Shown: positions 1-13,052 of the stretch, piece after piece | Layout: each line of letters begins with the position of its first letter | Position numbering within the stretch: the stretch's first letter is position 1 | Assembly: GCA_000091205.1 (NCBI GenBank) | Contig: AP006492.2 | Length of the DNA: 64,000 nt | Source: Cyanidioschyzon merolae | Taxonomy: Eukaryota | Direction: 5' to 3' (one strand) | The notes under the pieces: generated by a model | What the model saw: the letters and a program-made list of their open reading frames with translations, nothing else | What the model was told of the DNA's origin: nothing | The model's database searches: none | Translations under genes and position numbers: made by a program

Positions 1-1168
1 TGTATATCTATCGAAAATTTTTCGTAAACAATCGCGTGGCAGATACAACGCGAGCAGTTCAGCATTCAGTTTTGTTCGAACATGGGTAATGCGCTCTACG
101 CCCGTCGGAGCGTGCACACCAGCTCTGAGTCATGCTTGGAATCCTGCCAGACACGAGACTGTCCTCTAGAATTTTACACCTGTTGTCGTTGTTCGCCATG
201 TTTGATGGTGGACGCTAACTAGCACCGCTCGGGAGGCGTGTCGCCATTGCGAGCGCACCCGCGTCCTGCAGGGCTTTCCGCGCGCGCTCCGTAAACGCCA
301 TCTCAGCAGGATTTGTGTGCGTTCAGCGAGACCTCGGGATTCGCACCGCTTCCGAACGGGTAATCGCAAGGCGCTTCTATTGGTGAGAAATGTCGCGACC
401 TTCGCATGGTGAGGCGCTTTTTTCGGCGAAGAGAACCAGCATCCGGCGTGTATGTACACCGCACCAGTCGGGTGAACACATCAGGCGTTAAAGAAAAGCT
501 TTGGTCATTGTATATTTCCTCAGTATGCTGCATCACAGAGCAGTATCCCTGAGGTCAACGTATGATGACACTTTGTCTACGTGCTTTCACGGAACACGGT
601 CTGATCCGCATGCATTGGCGCCTCGCTCGGGATCATCGTTTCGTACTGTATAGAGCCCAGGCGTCTACGAAAATTTAAGCGTGATATCTTCCAGCCCCGC
701 ACCTAGAGCTGAATAAGGGCACAAAACAATGCTGCTGCTCGCAAAAGCGATCATGGTGGCTCCCAGGACTGCCCCCTTGCTGCCATGAATACGTCGTCAC
801 TGCATTGGTTGACAAATCGGAGTCATCGAGTGCAGCTGCGGCGATCGCCCGGAGCTGAAAGGGAGAATACATCAACAGCATTGCGATGTCCAGCGAAAGC
901 GAATCTCACTCCACCCGGGAATGGAAACAAGTCAGCCCATAACGTGTCAGCACCTGTTATTTATCGAGCTCGGCTGTTTCGTAGACGTCCATGCGCGTGG
1001 GGTCTCGTTCTCGATGCGTTCGCGGTGCTCGCCAGGCCGGCGAGTGCGTATGCGCCCCGCTCCCGCCCCTCTGCTGGAAAAGAAGAGCATGCCAACCGCT
1101 GCCCATGGCTTTACGACGAAATGCGCTGTGCTATGCGTCGGATGGGGTGCCCGCTCGCTGGGCGCTGC

Positions 1169-2101
1169 TCATACAATGAGCAGGTCCTGCTTCCCGTAGC
1201 CAAACCGGCCCTTATGACGCTCGAATAATTGAACAAATGCGTCTAAAACGCGCTTTTGTAGCGCGAGAATCTGCTCGTCAGACGGCTCGTTGATCGGTCC
1301 GGGTACGCGCACTGGTTTACCAATCACAACATGGACAGGAACGCGTGTATCTGGCCACAAGGTAAACCAGCGCCCGCGAAACAGCAGCAGTGGAACACGT
1401 GTGCGACGCACGAGCCACAGTCGAAAACGTTGCGCAAACCTAGGCCATGTTACATATAGTTCGTTTTCACCAAACGCATAGACCGGAAGAATATGGGCAC
1501 CGTGGCGCAGCGCCAGACGCAGGAAACCTTTTCGCTTGCGAAGAACAATGCGCTGACAATATGGCTCGGCTAGAACCTGTTCGTGTTCACCGCCCGTGAA
1601 GATAAGCAAGCTGCGTCCGAGTCGCAGTTGCCGCTCTGCAACCGAAGGTGACGCATCCACACAGCCCAACCAGAGCGCAAAGTCGCGTATGAATGGACAC
1701 CAAAGCAGCGCCGACGCCACAAGGTCGCGCCGTTCCAGCCCCGGCGCTACCTTGCTCAAAAAGTCGCAACCATCCGTAAACGTCGCGTAATGCTGCCAAG
1801 CGAGGATTCCGTGCGGATGGGCTGCAAATATGTACTTTTGACTCGAATCTAGGATGCCGCACTCGGCGTGAAGGTGCACGTTCAGAACTCGTTGCACGTA
1901 CCACTTCCACAGCGGGAGGCGCGCGAACGCCGGCCAGTAGCGCTCACCGTGAAGCGGGCCATCGTCGAAAAAGATAAAAGCATAGGCCAACAGGGCTGCC
2001 TTGATGAAGTTCCAGTGACATAAGAAGACGGTTACAATGAAAGATGTCACGGAAAGTAAGCGCGCAACCCGAGTAGGAAATATGTAGGTCCGTAGAGGCA
2101 T
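1169..2101 (-). CDS. Diacylglycerol/monoacylglycerol O-acyltransferase, DGAT2/MGAT family
   Basis: 310-aa ORF with a true ATG. Contains the family signature YIFAAHPHGIL (HPHG motif), an N-terminal hydrophobic segment, and a downstream GGxxE / FGENELY region typical of DGAT2. Confidence 0.7.
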   Translation of the reverse strand: MPLRTYIFPTRVARLLSVTSFIVTVFLCHWNFIKAALLAYAFIFFDDGPLHGERYWPAFARLPLWKWYVQRVLNVHLHAECGILDSSQKYIFAAHPHGILAWQHYATFTDGCDFLSKVAPGLERRDLVASALLWCPFIRDFALWLGCVDASPSVAERQLRLGRSLLIFTGGEHEQVLAEPYCQRIVLRKRKGFLRLALRHGAHILPVYAFGENELYVTWPRFAQRFRLWLVRRTRVPLLLFRGRWFTLWPDTRVPVHVVIGKPVRVPGPINEPSDEQILALQKRVLDAFVQLFERHKGRFGYGKQDLLIV

Positions 2102-4702
2102 GTGCGCGCACGCGTACGCCTCCTCCGACGTACACGCTCAGACACGCTCATATACGCAGGTCATTCCGTATTCTGGGCGCTGTGCAGTGCGCTACCGGGC
2201 GCATCAGCATCAGCGTCGTCGTCAGCGGCGGCGGCGGCGGGGGGATCGGGAGCTGGGCAAACATCGCCGTCGATGCGTGCTCGCCAGCGCCATCTACCAT
2301 GCGCGTGTCGGATCGATGATTAGCGTTTGTCACCTGAGCTGTGTTCCACCTCCGGGAGCATGTACGCAAATGGCTTTTCGCGTTGTATAGCAAAAATGTT
2401 CGATATTCGTTCATTTTGACGAGACAAAAATCCAACGGAAACGTATGGACATGGTCGTCGGCGATCCTGGAGGCCTGTCATCACCGGCTACCTGAAAGAG
2501 AAACGTAAAAACCCTCTTCTCGTTGAACATCGAGCGAATGAAGAGCAGGTTTCGATGAGGAAGAAGAGCGGATATAGGCGAGAGAGAGCGTTTAGCCTGC
2601 GGGAAGATGACGAGACTTTAGTGCCACAGAGTGCGCGAGTTCTTGGAATCCTCGCATTGATGCGCCTTACTAGAGGCAATACACGCGTTGAGTTTGTGAA
2701 TCGAGACTTTCATGCTGCTACCTGTATCAGATGATGTTTGGTGCTGGAGACGAAATCCGAGGCGCTGGGGCGAGCCAACTTCGTGAAATAGTCTCGCAGG
2801 GTCGAAGTATCGAAGGAGAAGCTGAAATCCATAGCGGGCGGCCGGTCCAAGAAGGCTGGGAGGCGACTGCAGGTGTGGTATTCATTTACCCTAAATAGTC
2901 GTGGGATATTTCCACTCCGCTGACTTGCATGCATGAGGCGGGGCTTTCCTGGTACGCGTCCAGATTTCTGCACCATTCCTCGAGGGTCCACCAGTCATCA
3001 CCTCCAGGCGTGCATCCAATCGGAGATACTGGTTCGACTGCGCGATCCACTTGATGTCGAGTGCCTGTCGTAAGCGCTCGCTCCGACGCATATAGCGCCC
3101 CATCGGACAACGTACAGAAACAGAACAACTCTGCGATACGCTTGTGGATGTTGGCTGCATGCGTGGTTCACCATCGCAATTCAGTGCCGGGCAATGTACG
3201 CACTCACGGCGGTTGCCGCGAGCTGGCACTCATCTAGGCGCCCCATACCAGTCCTGCCTTCACATATCGACTGTGGCGGTGACGCATCTCGCGTTGCTGC
3301 GAGCGTTCATGGCAAGCACGGTATCCGACACGTCGCTGGGTGGATCTAAGATCGATCCCCAACAGATAGACTGGACTGGACGGGAGTTGCTGAAATGTAG
3401 ATGCGTCTCGGAAGGAGCGGCGTTTTCTTCGTTCATTGCCGATAAAACGCGTGCACCTAGGGGAATCTTCCCAGATTCAGCTATTTCATACCATAAAAAT
3501 ATGCGCGTCCATGGATCCATGCGTGGATGGCGATAAACTCGCGACTTGTCGCGAGCGCAACATCGACGACCTGAGCGCGGCCTACGACGCATTCAGAACG
3601 GGAACAAAGATAGCCGCCATGCAGACCTCCGCTGTATCAGACTCTGCACCACGAGACGCTCTGCAGCGCGAAAGCCGCTGCGTCCTTGCCAGCGAACGCA
3701 AACGCAAGCCTAGCCTTTACGACAAATGGGCTGCGAGAGCGCGAGAGAGATATGCCAATATCGCACGCGGACCGCAGAGGGATTCGGGCCCAGATCCAAT
3801 AATGTTGACCTCCAGCGGAACGCGGATGTGGTGATTGCAAGGACGTGTCTGCCATTGACGAGAACTCCGGGCATGCTCCGTGCCCGGGCGGCAGTTTCTC
3901 TTCCCGTTCTGCGAGCAACAGACGATAATCCCATCTCCGGTTGTATGCATCCCAGCGCCCCGGTTACCCGGGTATTCAAGGTCCCTGCTAAGAGTCCGGT
4001 GAGCAGCTTTAGGCACGGCGCTTCTGTAATACCGACGATTGATTCTCGTGCCATCACGTGATGCCTTGGAAAAGATGTTCACGGCGGAGGATAGCTCCGG
4101 ATTCTCCTGCGCTAATGTCGCGAAAACGCAGGTTTGCATATACCAGTTCGCCAACAGGCGAACAGTAGACCCCACGACGCAAGCTAGTCCAAGCCTGTTC
4201 GCAGACATTGTGAGCACGTCGCACGTCTGTTTACGAAACTACCAAACTCGCCGACACTGTTCAGAGACTGCTCTCGACTTGTCAATGCCCAATGCTCCAC
4301 AAGCTCACGCAAATCCCATCAAGATCATCAAAAGACCTTCACGCGCATCGCAATACCATCCGCGGCAACGATGGTGCTCCGAATCATCATCAGAGCGCGT
4401 TGTTGCGAAGCAGGTACCAGCATGTCCATGGCTCTCTAGAGCTCAGCACACGTCCCGCACGAGAAGCCGCGTCTCGCGAGGACCAAAGTCGCTTCCAGTA
4501 CCAGTGCGATGGTGTTGACGGCCATGCAAGGCTCCACCCAAAGGCAGCCCTACCTTGTCGCAACAACGCCGAGGTCGTATCGAGGTCGCTATACTGCGCC
4601 AAATCTCCACAGCGACCTGCACTCGTGCCTACAGCTTCCGTTTTTCGTTGCCATGCTGATCATGCATCTAGAAACCTCGTCGATTGTTTGCGTTTCGTAT
4701 TG

Positions 4703-5176
4703 CTAGGAGCGCGCTTGTCGCGTTTCACGAACCAGTCGCTGGAAGAGTGCAAGTCCGGCCAGTTCTGCGGGCGGCTGTCTCTGCTCTGTTATATATAGAT
4801 AGAGTAGAGGACTTTCGTGATCGAGAACTTGCTCAAGTTCACTGACATCCTGCTCAGTGAACGTTGCCAGGTGCCTCTGCGTCCACTCGCCAAGAAGGAT
4901 ATCGAGCTCCCGCAGACCGCGCTGGTTCGCTCGATAAAGGCAACGACGCTTACGCGTCTCTAGGGCGTTCGCGTCAGTGGCCGTGCTCACGCCCCGCAAC
5001 CAACGGCGTTGGGTCAGGGTGCAAGCACCCAGGTAACGTTCAACGGTTTGCGCCCTAAGAGAACACAGCTGTGTCCGCTCTACCAGATTCAAGCGACGCT
5101 CAACGAGTCCTCTACGAGAAGCCGCTTTCCCACTGAGTTCCTGCAGCATGCTCACCCAGAAGAGCCTCCACTTCAT
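4703..5176 (-). CDS. SDHAF2: Succinate dehydrogenase assembly factor 2 (Sdh5/SDHAF2, flavinator, DUF339)
   Basis: 157-aa ORF starting at an ATG. Motifs RKRRCLYRANQRGLRELDILLGEW and LEQVLDHESPLLYLYIT match the SDHAF2 core (RxxLxYxSxxRGxLExDLLL ... DxDIYxW). The arginine-rich N-terminus is consistent with a mitochondrial presequence. Confidence 0.55.
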   Translation of the reverse strand: MKWRLFWVSMLQELSGKAASRRGLVERRLNLVERTQLCSLRAQTVERYLGACTLTQRRWLRGVSTATDANALETRKRRCLYRANQRGLRELDILLGEWTQRHLATFTEQDVSELEQVLDHESPLLYLYITEQRQPPAELAGLALFQRLVRETRQARS

Positions 5177-5503
5177 CGTTGGCCGTAACCATAAAACTCA
5201 AGTGTCACGTCAAAGCGCGCTCAGCTTAGGAAGCGTCGTCGGTACCAGGTGTTACTCGGGTCCGGTACGTTACGCACACGCCGACGTTAAGCGTCCAGTT
5301 ATCACAACAGCTGCCAACACATATGCCTTTGGGGGTTTTCTTCGGCGGTGTGTGGGATCGTCGCTGCGAGTACCCGAAAAGAGCCACCCTGATTGCGCGA
5401 CTTCGATCGACCGCTGAGACTATGGCTATGCCGTGCGCTGACGTTAACCACATAGATCCCTATTTTCTTAGGTAACAGGTAGGCTTGTGTCCGAGCTTCT
5501 TTA
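5177..5503. promoter_or_regulatory. Putative bidirectional promoter between divergent SDHAF2 and CNOT9
   Basis: 327-bp gap between two divergently oriented ATG starts (5176 minus, 5504 plus). Inference only; no motif was identified. Confidence 0.25.
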
Positions 5504-6334
5504 ATGGACGATACAGAGGCTCGTATTCTTCAGCTTGTGCATAATTTGAAGGAAGTGGACCATCGGGACGCTGCGTTGCTTGAGCTTTCGAAGAAGCGCG
5601 AGTCTGTATCGAACCTCGCGCTCATTCTCTGGCACACACCGGGTACTGTTGCCGTGCTTTTACAAGAAATCATCGCTATTTACCCGCTACTTTCTCCACC
5701 GGCTCTCACTGGTCACGCTTCCAACCGAGTCTGCAATGCTTTGGCGCTGCTCCAGTGCGTGGCGAGTCATCCGGAGACTCGCGGCCCCTTTTTAGCCGCG
5801 CACTTGCCGCTGTACTTGTACCCGTTTCTGAACACCGTCTCGAAGACGCGGCCTTTTGAATATCTGCGTCTTACTTCTCTGGGCGTTATAGGTGCGCTTG
5901 CCAAGGTCGACGACCCAGAAGTGACTTCGTTCCTGCTCTCCACGGAGATTATCCCGCTGTGCCTGCGAATCATGGAGACCGGCTCAGAGCTCAGCAAAAC
6001 AGTTGCTACCTTCATCGTCCAAAAAATACTGTTAGATGATAGTGGGCTGAATTATGTCTGTCAGACGGCGGAGAGATTTTATGCAGTGAGCACGGTACTT
6101 GCGAACATGGTCAATAGCCTCATCGAGCAACCATCCGGCCGTCTTTTGAAGCATATTATCCGGTGTTATTTGCGGCTGAGCGATAATCCTCGGGCGAGGG
6201 AAGCCTTGCGCCAGTGTCTCCCGCAGAGCCTCCGCGACACTACATTTGCGCAGCTGCTGAACGAGGATCAGAGCACTCGACGATGGCTCGCTTCTCTGAT
6301 CTACGCACTGGGTGGAGACGCAGCGCTTGTGTAG
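5504..6334 (+). CDS. CNOT9: CCR4-NOT complex subunit 9 / cell differentiation protein RCD1 (CAF40)
   Basis: 276 aa. Nearly co-linear with metazoan CNOT9: [109 protein letters not shown]. Confidence 0.9.
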   Translation: MDDTEARILQLVHNLKEVDHRDAALLELSKKRESVSNLALILWHTPGTVAVLLQEIIAIYPLLSPPALTGHASNRVCNALALLQCVASHPETRGPFLAAHLPLYLYPFLNTVSKTRPFEYLRLTSLGVIGALAKVDDPEVTSFLLSTEIIPLCLRIMETGSELSKTVATFIVQKILLDDSGLNYVCQTAERFYAVSTVLANMVNSLIEQPSGRLLKHIIRCYLRLSDNPRAREALRQCLPQSLRDTTFAQLLNEDQSTRRWLASLIYALGGDAALV

Positions 6335-6914
6335 TTGGTGTTCCACAGCAGGGCCCTCGCGCCCATATGAGGAAGTACCAAGGCCGCTCGCTGGACACCG
6401 CAATAATACCGTGTGTGCCGACATGGGCTGTGGCAGTGGAGCAGCGCTGCTTGCGCTCGCAGATGCTACCGTGTTCGATGTCCCAGTCGGTGGTTACGGT
6501 GGCTAGGGACGAGCGGTACTTGACGCCCGTCGTGCACTGTCTTGGCAGGGATTCTCATTCTACCGCATGCCGAGAAGCCTCCTACTCTCTGGACAGGGGC
6601 TACGAGCCTGTAGCCGGCGAAGGCGACGGGTCGTGTTCTATCAGATGCCGAGAAGCTTTCCCACTACGATTGCATACACCTACGCGCAACCTACCAGAGT
6701 GCATATTTAACAGTGATCGTGATGGACCGGACGACGACGGCCTGGATTCAAATGCCCCAGACGGTCGAGCCGAGAGCGGTCGCGACGCCCTCGAGGCAAC
6801 ACCGGGGTCTCTATGCTTCCGGACAGGGGTCGAGTCAACTGCAGGAAGCCTTCGTGACTTTTGTGTTGGGCATACACGTGAAAGATACGGCTTTTGGTCC
6901 GAACGTTGGGGTGT

Positions 6915-7637
6915 TTACGTTTTCGGCGACGTGTCGAGTCGATCGCTGGAAGCCTCTGAATTGTTGCGCTGTGCGTACATAGCAAGGATGTGGCGTTTCC
7001 GTTGGAGATGTTCGTGATTCTCTGCACCAGCCACGGGACCATGCGCATGCTCGTGGCTGTTACCACGCTCGCTTGACGGCGCAAAAAGAGCATTGAACCA
7101 GTTGTTTTCAACCGGAACGTGCTTCGAACGCTCGCATGCACCCATAGAGCTTTGTCTGGAGTTTTGCAAAGTTACCGCGGGAGAAACCGTGGACGCTGTT
7201 GCGGCCGAGGCATCCCGCGAGACCGAATGCCCCTCGTTCTCAAAATATTGACTTGGCTCACGATAATATAGCTTTTCGACGTACTTGTTCCAGATAAACT
7301 CTTGCATGCGACCAATATCGCCCGGTGAAGGACGTTCAAAGTCGGTTGGCAGCTGTGCCTCCCATATCGCTGCTGCGCGTCGGTTACCGATACGCTTCAT
7401 GTTCTCAAGTTGCTCGGACGTCCAGCGGTCCAGGTTGATCGAACGGACTTGAGAAACGTGGACACCAAGCTTTCGGTGGAAGCCACTGCACTGGATGCAG
7501 AGAAAGACGCCCAAGTTTACGGACGCCCAGCGCGGTCCAGGGCAAAAGCACTCTGCGCAGCGTCCGTTTTCCTGCTCTGCAAGAAGTATCCGGAAAACTC
7601 GCTCCTGTTCGTCTTCCGAAACAACTTGCTTCGCCAT
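6915..7637 (-). CDS. ArfGAP-domain protein (SMAP/Age2-like)
   Basis: 240 aa. The N-terminal ArfGAP zinc finger CAECFCPGPRWASVNLGVFLCIQCSGFHRKLGVHVSQVRSINLDRWT (CxxC-16-CxxC plus the arginine finger) sits right after the start. ATG confirmed at 7637-7635. Confidence 0.75.
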   Translation of the reverse strand: MAKQVVSEDEQERVFRILLAEQENGRCAECFCPGPRWASVNLGVFLCIQCSGFHRKLGVHVSQVRSINLDRWTSEQLENMKRIGNRRAAAIWEAQLPTDFERPSPGDIGRMQEFIWNKYVEKLYYREPSQYFENEGHSVSRDASAATASTVSPAVTLQNSRQSSMGACERSKHVPVENNWFNALFAPSSERGNSHEHAHGPVAGAENHEHLQRKRHILAMYAQRNNSEASSDRLDTSPKT

Positions 7638-9816
7638 GCCCTGCTCCGGCTACTGCGTTCGTGCGTCGAAGACGACACCGACGCAGCGCGTACCCCGCTC
7701 GGTCGTTTGAAGGCTGTAGCGCTAGTGTGGACTGGCGGTGCGCCGCTGTGCCCGCGCAACGCACGGAGCTGATACAGCATCTCGCACGAGTCCGAGTAGG
7801 TGTTTCGCCTGATACAGGATATCTGCCTTCAAAGAGACTATGCCGAGTGCATCTTTGCTCTCTATGAGTAGTGGAGGAACTTCGGTTCCTTGGCAGACGC
7901 TTCTGGGTATTTGAGTCTTAGCGTCGGTCTGTGGGTGTGTCTGGAAAGTCGTTGCTTCGTGTGTTGCACCTGCGGGTGCCAGGGTTTCCAGAAGCAGTCA
8001 AACTCGGGATTCGTCAAACGGAGCGTTGGTGTCGAAACTTCAGCTCCATAAAGTAAACTGTCGGAGGCGTTTGTTCTCGACACAGGCTTTGTCGTCTTCG
8101 AATCATACCGTTTACACCTGTGACGCCCCGACTACGAGTCTGCTTGGCTCGTTTAGGTAGAGGCACTGACACTGGCTGCTTCGGTGGTTGCACTACCTAC
8201 GTTCTTCGCGTTTGCTCTCTTGGAAACGTGGATGCGCAGCTGCTGAGCGTTGCACCGTCGAAACACGGATAACTATGCTACGGTGAAGGGCTTGCATGCA
8301 GGTCGCTCAGAGCAACCTGGGATACGGATTGTTGGCAACATTCTCTAAAACTTTGATATCTTCACGAACGCACTCGCGAATTTTTCGAGTGAATAGCCCA
8401 GTGAATGATGATCGTATCGATCTCGAGACCGGCAGAGGGCATGTAGTAGGTCGCAATCGCATTGATTGCGCGACATGCGAGCCACGGAACTACGAGCTGA
8501 AACTGCGTATCAAATGTCGATTATTCGAGGGATGAATACGCTACGTCCTAGGGTTGGATCCGCAGTTTACACGTCGTTATCGAATGCGGAGGGCCAGGGC
8601 GGTGAACGCGCCGTATACCTGACTTCAGGCTACCTGGTTCATTTTCTCGTTTACGCTGCAAAGCGTCCGAATCTGCGGGAAGAATCGATAGCGTTGGGGT
8701 TTTCGAACAACATCGAATCCGATGAAACGCCCATCGAAGATACAGCTCAATACCCTGTGTCGTATACCAACTGCTTCTCTTTGGAGGGTTCGGAGCAGGA
8801 GTGCATGCCGCGAAACACCACTGGATCATCGAGAAAGCTCGATGCCTCCTACCGCATAGCAGCAATTCTTTGTCAAGCGCCACAGAAGGTGTCACCTGCG
8901 AGCGTGATGCAAACGCCTTCTGGAAGCGGCATGGCATGTGATCCATGGGTGCGGCCGGCGTGCCGGTCCGAATGCTGGACGCTCCGCGATGCGATGCGAA
9001 CGACCTGAACGTGATGCCTGTTCGGGAGACGGAACACCACGGGGCCTGGCAGCGTCGGTGCCCTCTGGGAATCGCACCATCCCGATGCAACTACAAGTCT
9101 TCGCACGCTAATGTTTTCGGAATGGTGTGCTTACGCTTGAGAGCAGACCTATCCTATTGCGCACACTGTAAGCCGACGACTGCTGTCTGGAATGCCGGTT
9201 TGGTAGGGCAACTGGAAGCCATAATGCGTCAACGGTGAGTACGGTTCTTCAAGCGGTTCCGAAATGATCATTCTAGCAACACGTTGTGATGCAGCGGCCT
9301 GCGGGGCGCGCTCCGGGTTTGCATCCCGCGACGGCGAGCAGCATCCGCAGCGCTGCTGTATGTGCAACGCGCTGCCCAGAGCCGCCACCTCGTCAGTACG
9401 GACGCAGAGCCCCTGCCGTGGATGCAAACGCATCAAATAGCATTCAAGCCCGTTTCTGCGAACCTCGGCGCGAATGACGCACCAGCGGCACATGCGGCAT
9501 GTGGCTCGTACCATGCATCGAGTTCGATTTTTACGTCATAGGAGCGCTCAATCTAACCAGGGATCCCGAATGGCTCGAGCTGGAATCCCCACGTATGCGC
9601 GTTGATCCGCCTCGAGGCATCGACACGAGCACCGCCAACGGAGAGCGCACACAGCTTCCGACCAACAATGTCCATAAATCTCCTTTTTATCTACCTTCGA
9701 TATACGCACGGATATGTGGCGTGTCCGGGCCCCCTGCCCAGGCATCATCGAAATTGAACCATCTGACTGGAGAATTCGCCACTTGCCTACAAGCTGTAGC
9801 AGATGTGCGGTTGCGT

Positions 9817-10494
9817 ATGCCCTACGTATACGACTGCGATGAACTGCAGGGATACATTTTGTTTCTCGGAAGGGATAAATACGAGAATGACGCACTGCTC
9901 GAGTATTCGTTGCCGTTGGACTGGTGGTTCCATGTCGATAAGCACTCTTCTGCACACGTCTACGTTCGACCCAAGAGGCGCCTCTTCGAGTTGAGCGAGA
10001 CGTCTGGAGGCACGGCCTACGAGCTGAGCGCAGCACCACTTGAACCGCCGACAGAGGTTGTGCGTGCAGCGGCGGCCGTTGCCAAGGAAAACTCTATCGA
10101 AGGTGCCAAGCAGAGCTTTGTTCACGTCGTGTATACGCCTGCGTCGAACCTGTTGAAGTCTGGAGACATGGGCCCAGGTCAGGTGGGCTTTCGAGACCCC
10201 AAACTTGTGCAGCGAATCCGCGTCGCGCGTTCGGACGCTGTGCGATTGAAGCAGATCAAGAGCTCACGCAAAGAGTGCACAATTGACGAGCTTCGGAAAT
10301 CACACGAAGACTTTCAACACGAGCAGCAACGCTGGTCAAAGGCAGCGTCTCGGCGACGACAGGCCGAGGAAAGAGCCCATCAGGAACAGGCAGCCCGTGA
10401 ACGGGATGCGCGAAACTATGCTCATTTGCATAAGCAAGAAGCGATGACGAGCAATAAGGAATTAGCTGAAAACTACGAGGATGAGTTTCTTTGA
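9817..10494 (+). CDS. CCDC25-like protein (NFACT-R / DUF814 domain)
   Basis: The track ORF starts at 9499. Homology to CCDC25 begins at the internal ATG at 9817: YILFLGRDKYENDALLEYSLPLDWWFHVDKHSSAHVYVR, VHVVYTPASNLLKSGDMGPGQVGFRD, followed by a basic coiled-coil tail. Confidence 0.75.
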   Translation: MPYVYDCDELQGYILFLGRDKYENDALLEYSLPLDWWFHVDKHSSAHVYVRPKRRLFELSETSGGTAYELSAAPLEPPTEVVRAAAAVAKENSIEGAKQSFVHVVYTPASNLLKSGDMGPGQVGFRDPKLVQRIRVARSDAVRLKQIKSSRKECTIDELRKSHEDFQHEQQRWSKAASRRRQAEERAHQEQAARERDARNYAHLHKQEAMTSNKELAENYEDEFL

Positions 10495-10842
10495 TGCACC
10501 AGAATCGTGACAATGCGAGAGATGCTCGGCAGGCGCACATCCCGCGAGAAGCTTTCCCTAGCGTCCGATCAAGGCAAATCCTTTTCCTAAGCTTTATTCT
10601 GGTGCATCCGCGAAGCTGGGCATTGCACTCGAAGACACTGAGCCAAAGCCTGTTTACTTGAAAGCGCTTTGTCTGAATGAGGAACGGTTGCACTGCTTGG
10701 CAGGATTCGATTCGAGATACGATATTCCGGGCGCCTAATGACAGAGGTTTTTCGGAGCCTTTCGACCATGCGTAAAAATGACATGCGCTCGCGGACATGG
10801 TTTCGGGTACCAGCGCTGGCGTGCTGGCGTTTTAGTAAGCGC

Positions 10843-13052
10843 AGTGCACGCTGGAAGACGTGAACCAGCATGCTGGTTTTGTTCTTGTCTGGTTTTCTCC
10901 CCGGTATTCAATTAAAGTCTAGTGTTCTGTGGATTGGAGAAAGTTCGCGGAAGGAGTTGATGCCGCCATGATTAGCTTGCGAGAACAACGACCTTCGTTG
11001 TTCAAGCCACGCTTTCTACGGTCAGCCAGTGAATGAACTGCCCTTGTCGTAGTGCTTAGTGTAGACAGAGCGCACCCGAAACGCAGCTTGTCGAATACGA
11101 TCTACACGATTGTCTCTTCGTCAGTGCATTCCAATCCATTTGCTGTCTAAGAAAAACGATTAGAGTATACACAGGATGTGAAAGCTCCGCACCACTGATT
11201 CGAACGGTGATGAAGAGTCGCAAATGGACAAGGACAAAAGTGCGCGTCTACGGGAGATCGTCACTTGCTGAACGTCACAGAATGGATTTCGCACTGAAAT
11301 GCGAATGCTCTCAACAGGAGGTATGGGAGCTCTTCATTTTCGGTGAGACTTGCCTAGGGAAATGCTAGCCTTGAATACCGGTACCTAACACGGGAAAGAC
11401 CGCTGTTCGTCAAGCAGAGGCAAGCGAGCGTGACGACAACACCAGCCCTAACAACGATTTTATGGTGTGTTCGCCTACGAATTGTTGCAAGGGCTGAATT
11501 GTTCAACACCGCATTCTTCGTTGACGCGCTTTGTGACTTGTGCTCGCCAGATTCTTGTGTCTTGTTCGTAGATACCATGGACTATGATCACTCAAATGCG
11601 CTGAAGCGGTTCGCATTAGCGATTCGTGTTGAGCAGTTCTTCGTGCTAGCATCTTCTCCCTAGTTCAATCGAGTCCGAGGCGTGTTCTCCTTTTCGAATG
11701 CCATATTCAAGCTCATGCTTCTATGGATGAGTCATTCGTATCTGTGATACGGTTTTTCGACGAACCCCTCTGCGTCGACTGGTTCTACACATTCACCTGC
11801 CGTGCATTGCAGTGCTGGTTCGCTGCTCGTACGCGGGAGAAAGCGGAACGGCGCGCTTCGGTCCACGGACGTGGTCGAGCCGGACCAGGTGACGAAAAGG
11901 TAGTTGAGGAATGGGAGAAACAAACGAAGAACAGGCGAGTTTCAGTGTCCACGTCTACGTATTGGATCTGAATACTGCGGAATAAAGGATACGGAGTAGT
12001 GCGTTAGTATCCATGCTAGCCCGCCAAGTCATGAGAAGGCGAGGAAACTCCTGAACAAAGAAGAGAAAAATCCTCGCGAAACGACACCAAGCAAAGATCG
12101 ACAGGAGGAACGGTTTACGCGGAAACAATACCCTGAAATCACTGTCGAGGCCTGCCTAACAAAACTCCTCACCAGGAATAATTTCTCAAAAAGTGCAGTG
12201 CAAGACGCCAGTGGGGATCACGTCGCTCTATACTCGAGAATGTCGTGCCTGGCTCCGCTCGCGAGGACGCACCGCATCAAGCAGTTGCTTGTAGGAGTTC
12301 CGGTGTCGGAACAGCTGGCTACCGACCTTCCTCTCGCATACCTAGACCAAACCAGCATGCGACAACACAGCTGATGCTCCAGACAGAAGACGACATACCG
12401 CATGATCGTCGGATTAGAGCGTCGCACACATACACACTTCCCAGAATACCTGGAGGCATTGGCGCGACACGTCGGTAACCGGAGTGTCTACAGAGCAGGT
12501 GCCCAAAAGCATCATACCAGCCTCATAAACCATATGCTGGTCACCGTCGATTGGTTCGTGCAGCGTACACTGGAGGCGTTGCGCGCTCAACGTACTGTCC
12601 CAGCTAAGTTGGGACTGATAAACGGCATTCGCGGAGTATCGATGACGGTCAACGACGAGCTGGTGACTGCGGAGACGATCGAGGAGCTCGCGAGTACGGA
12701 ACAGATGTCGCAGTGGAAGCGAGTTCGCTTCCGATCGTCCAAGCTCATGGCGTTGCTCTCGGAATCGGGTACACGGAACTCGTATCCGAAGCATGTTTGA
12801 AACGGGATACATGCCTTTTTCGAATACTGCGCTTCTGAGATTTCCTGCACTGAGCGCTCCTAAGCAAAGCAGACTTGGTTCCTGGATTCGAGCACCCAAC
12901 TTCCTCGGGGATCTATTCGATGTATTTCCCATACGACACATCGAGACCCAGTACATCTCCGCAGACAATGTTGTCCTGTGCTGATTGGCCTCCTCAGTGG
13001 GCTACCACTGGTCTCTGCACACAAGTATGAAGCACTCGAACGTCTTCACCAA
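10843..13052 (+). repeat. Left copy of an approximately 2.2 kb inverted repeat (IR-L)
   Basis: The reverse complement of 57541-59749 matches at roughly 99.5%. The mirrored small ORFs in the track differ by only 1-4 aa. Boundaries were read by eye: the outer end diverges just before gcagtgcacgctggaagacgtgaacc, the inner end just after cgtcttcaccaa. A perfect 16-bp palindrome aaccagcatgctggtt lies about 20 bp inside the outer end. Confidence 0.85.

Noticed and set aside
11186-11215. tRNA-like T-loop motif (GTTCGAATC on the minus strand) inside the inverted repeat
   Set aside because: A 4/5 T-stem could be drawn, but no complementary acceptor stem, D-arm or anticodon arm can be found at the expected distances. 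I did not accept it as a tRNA or SINE head.
10843-13052. Small ORFs (77-184 aa) inside both inverted-repeat copies as protein-coding genes of a mobile element
   Set aside because: They overlap one another on both strands and match nothing recognisable. The few substitutions between the copies are mostly non-synonymous (for example 4 changes in one 77-aa ORF), which is not the pattern of purifying selection on a coding sequence.
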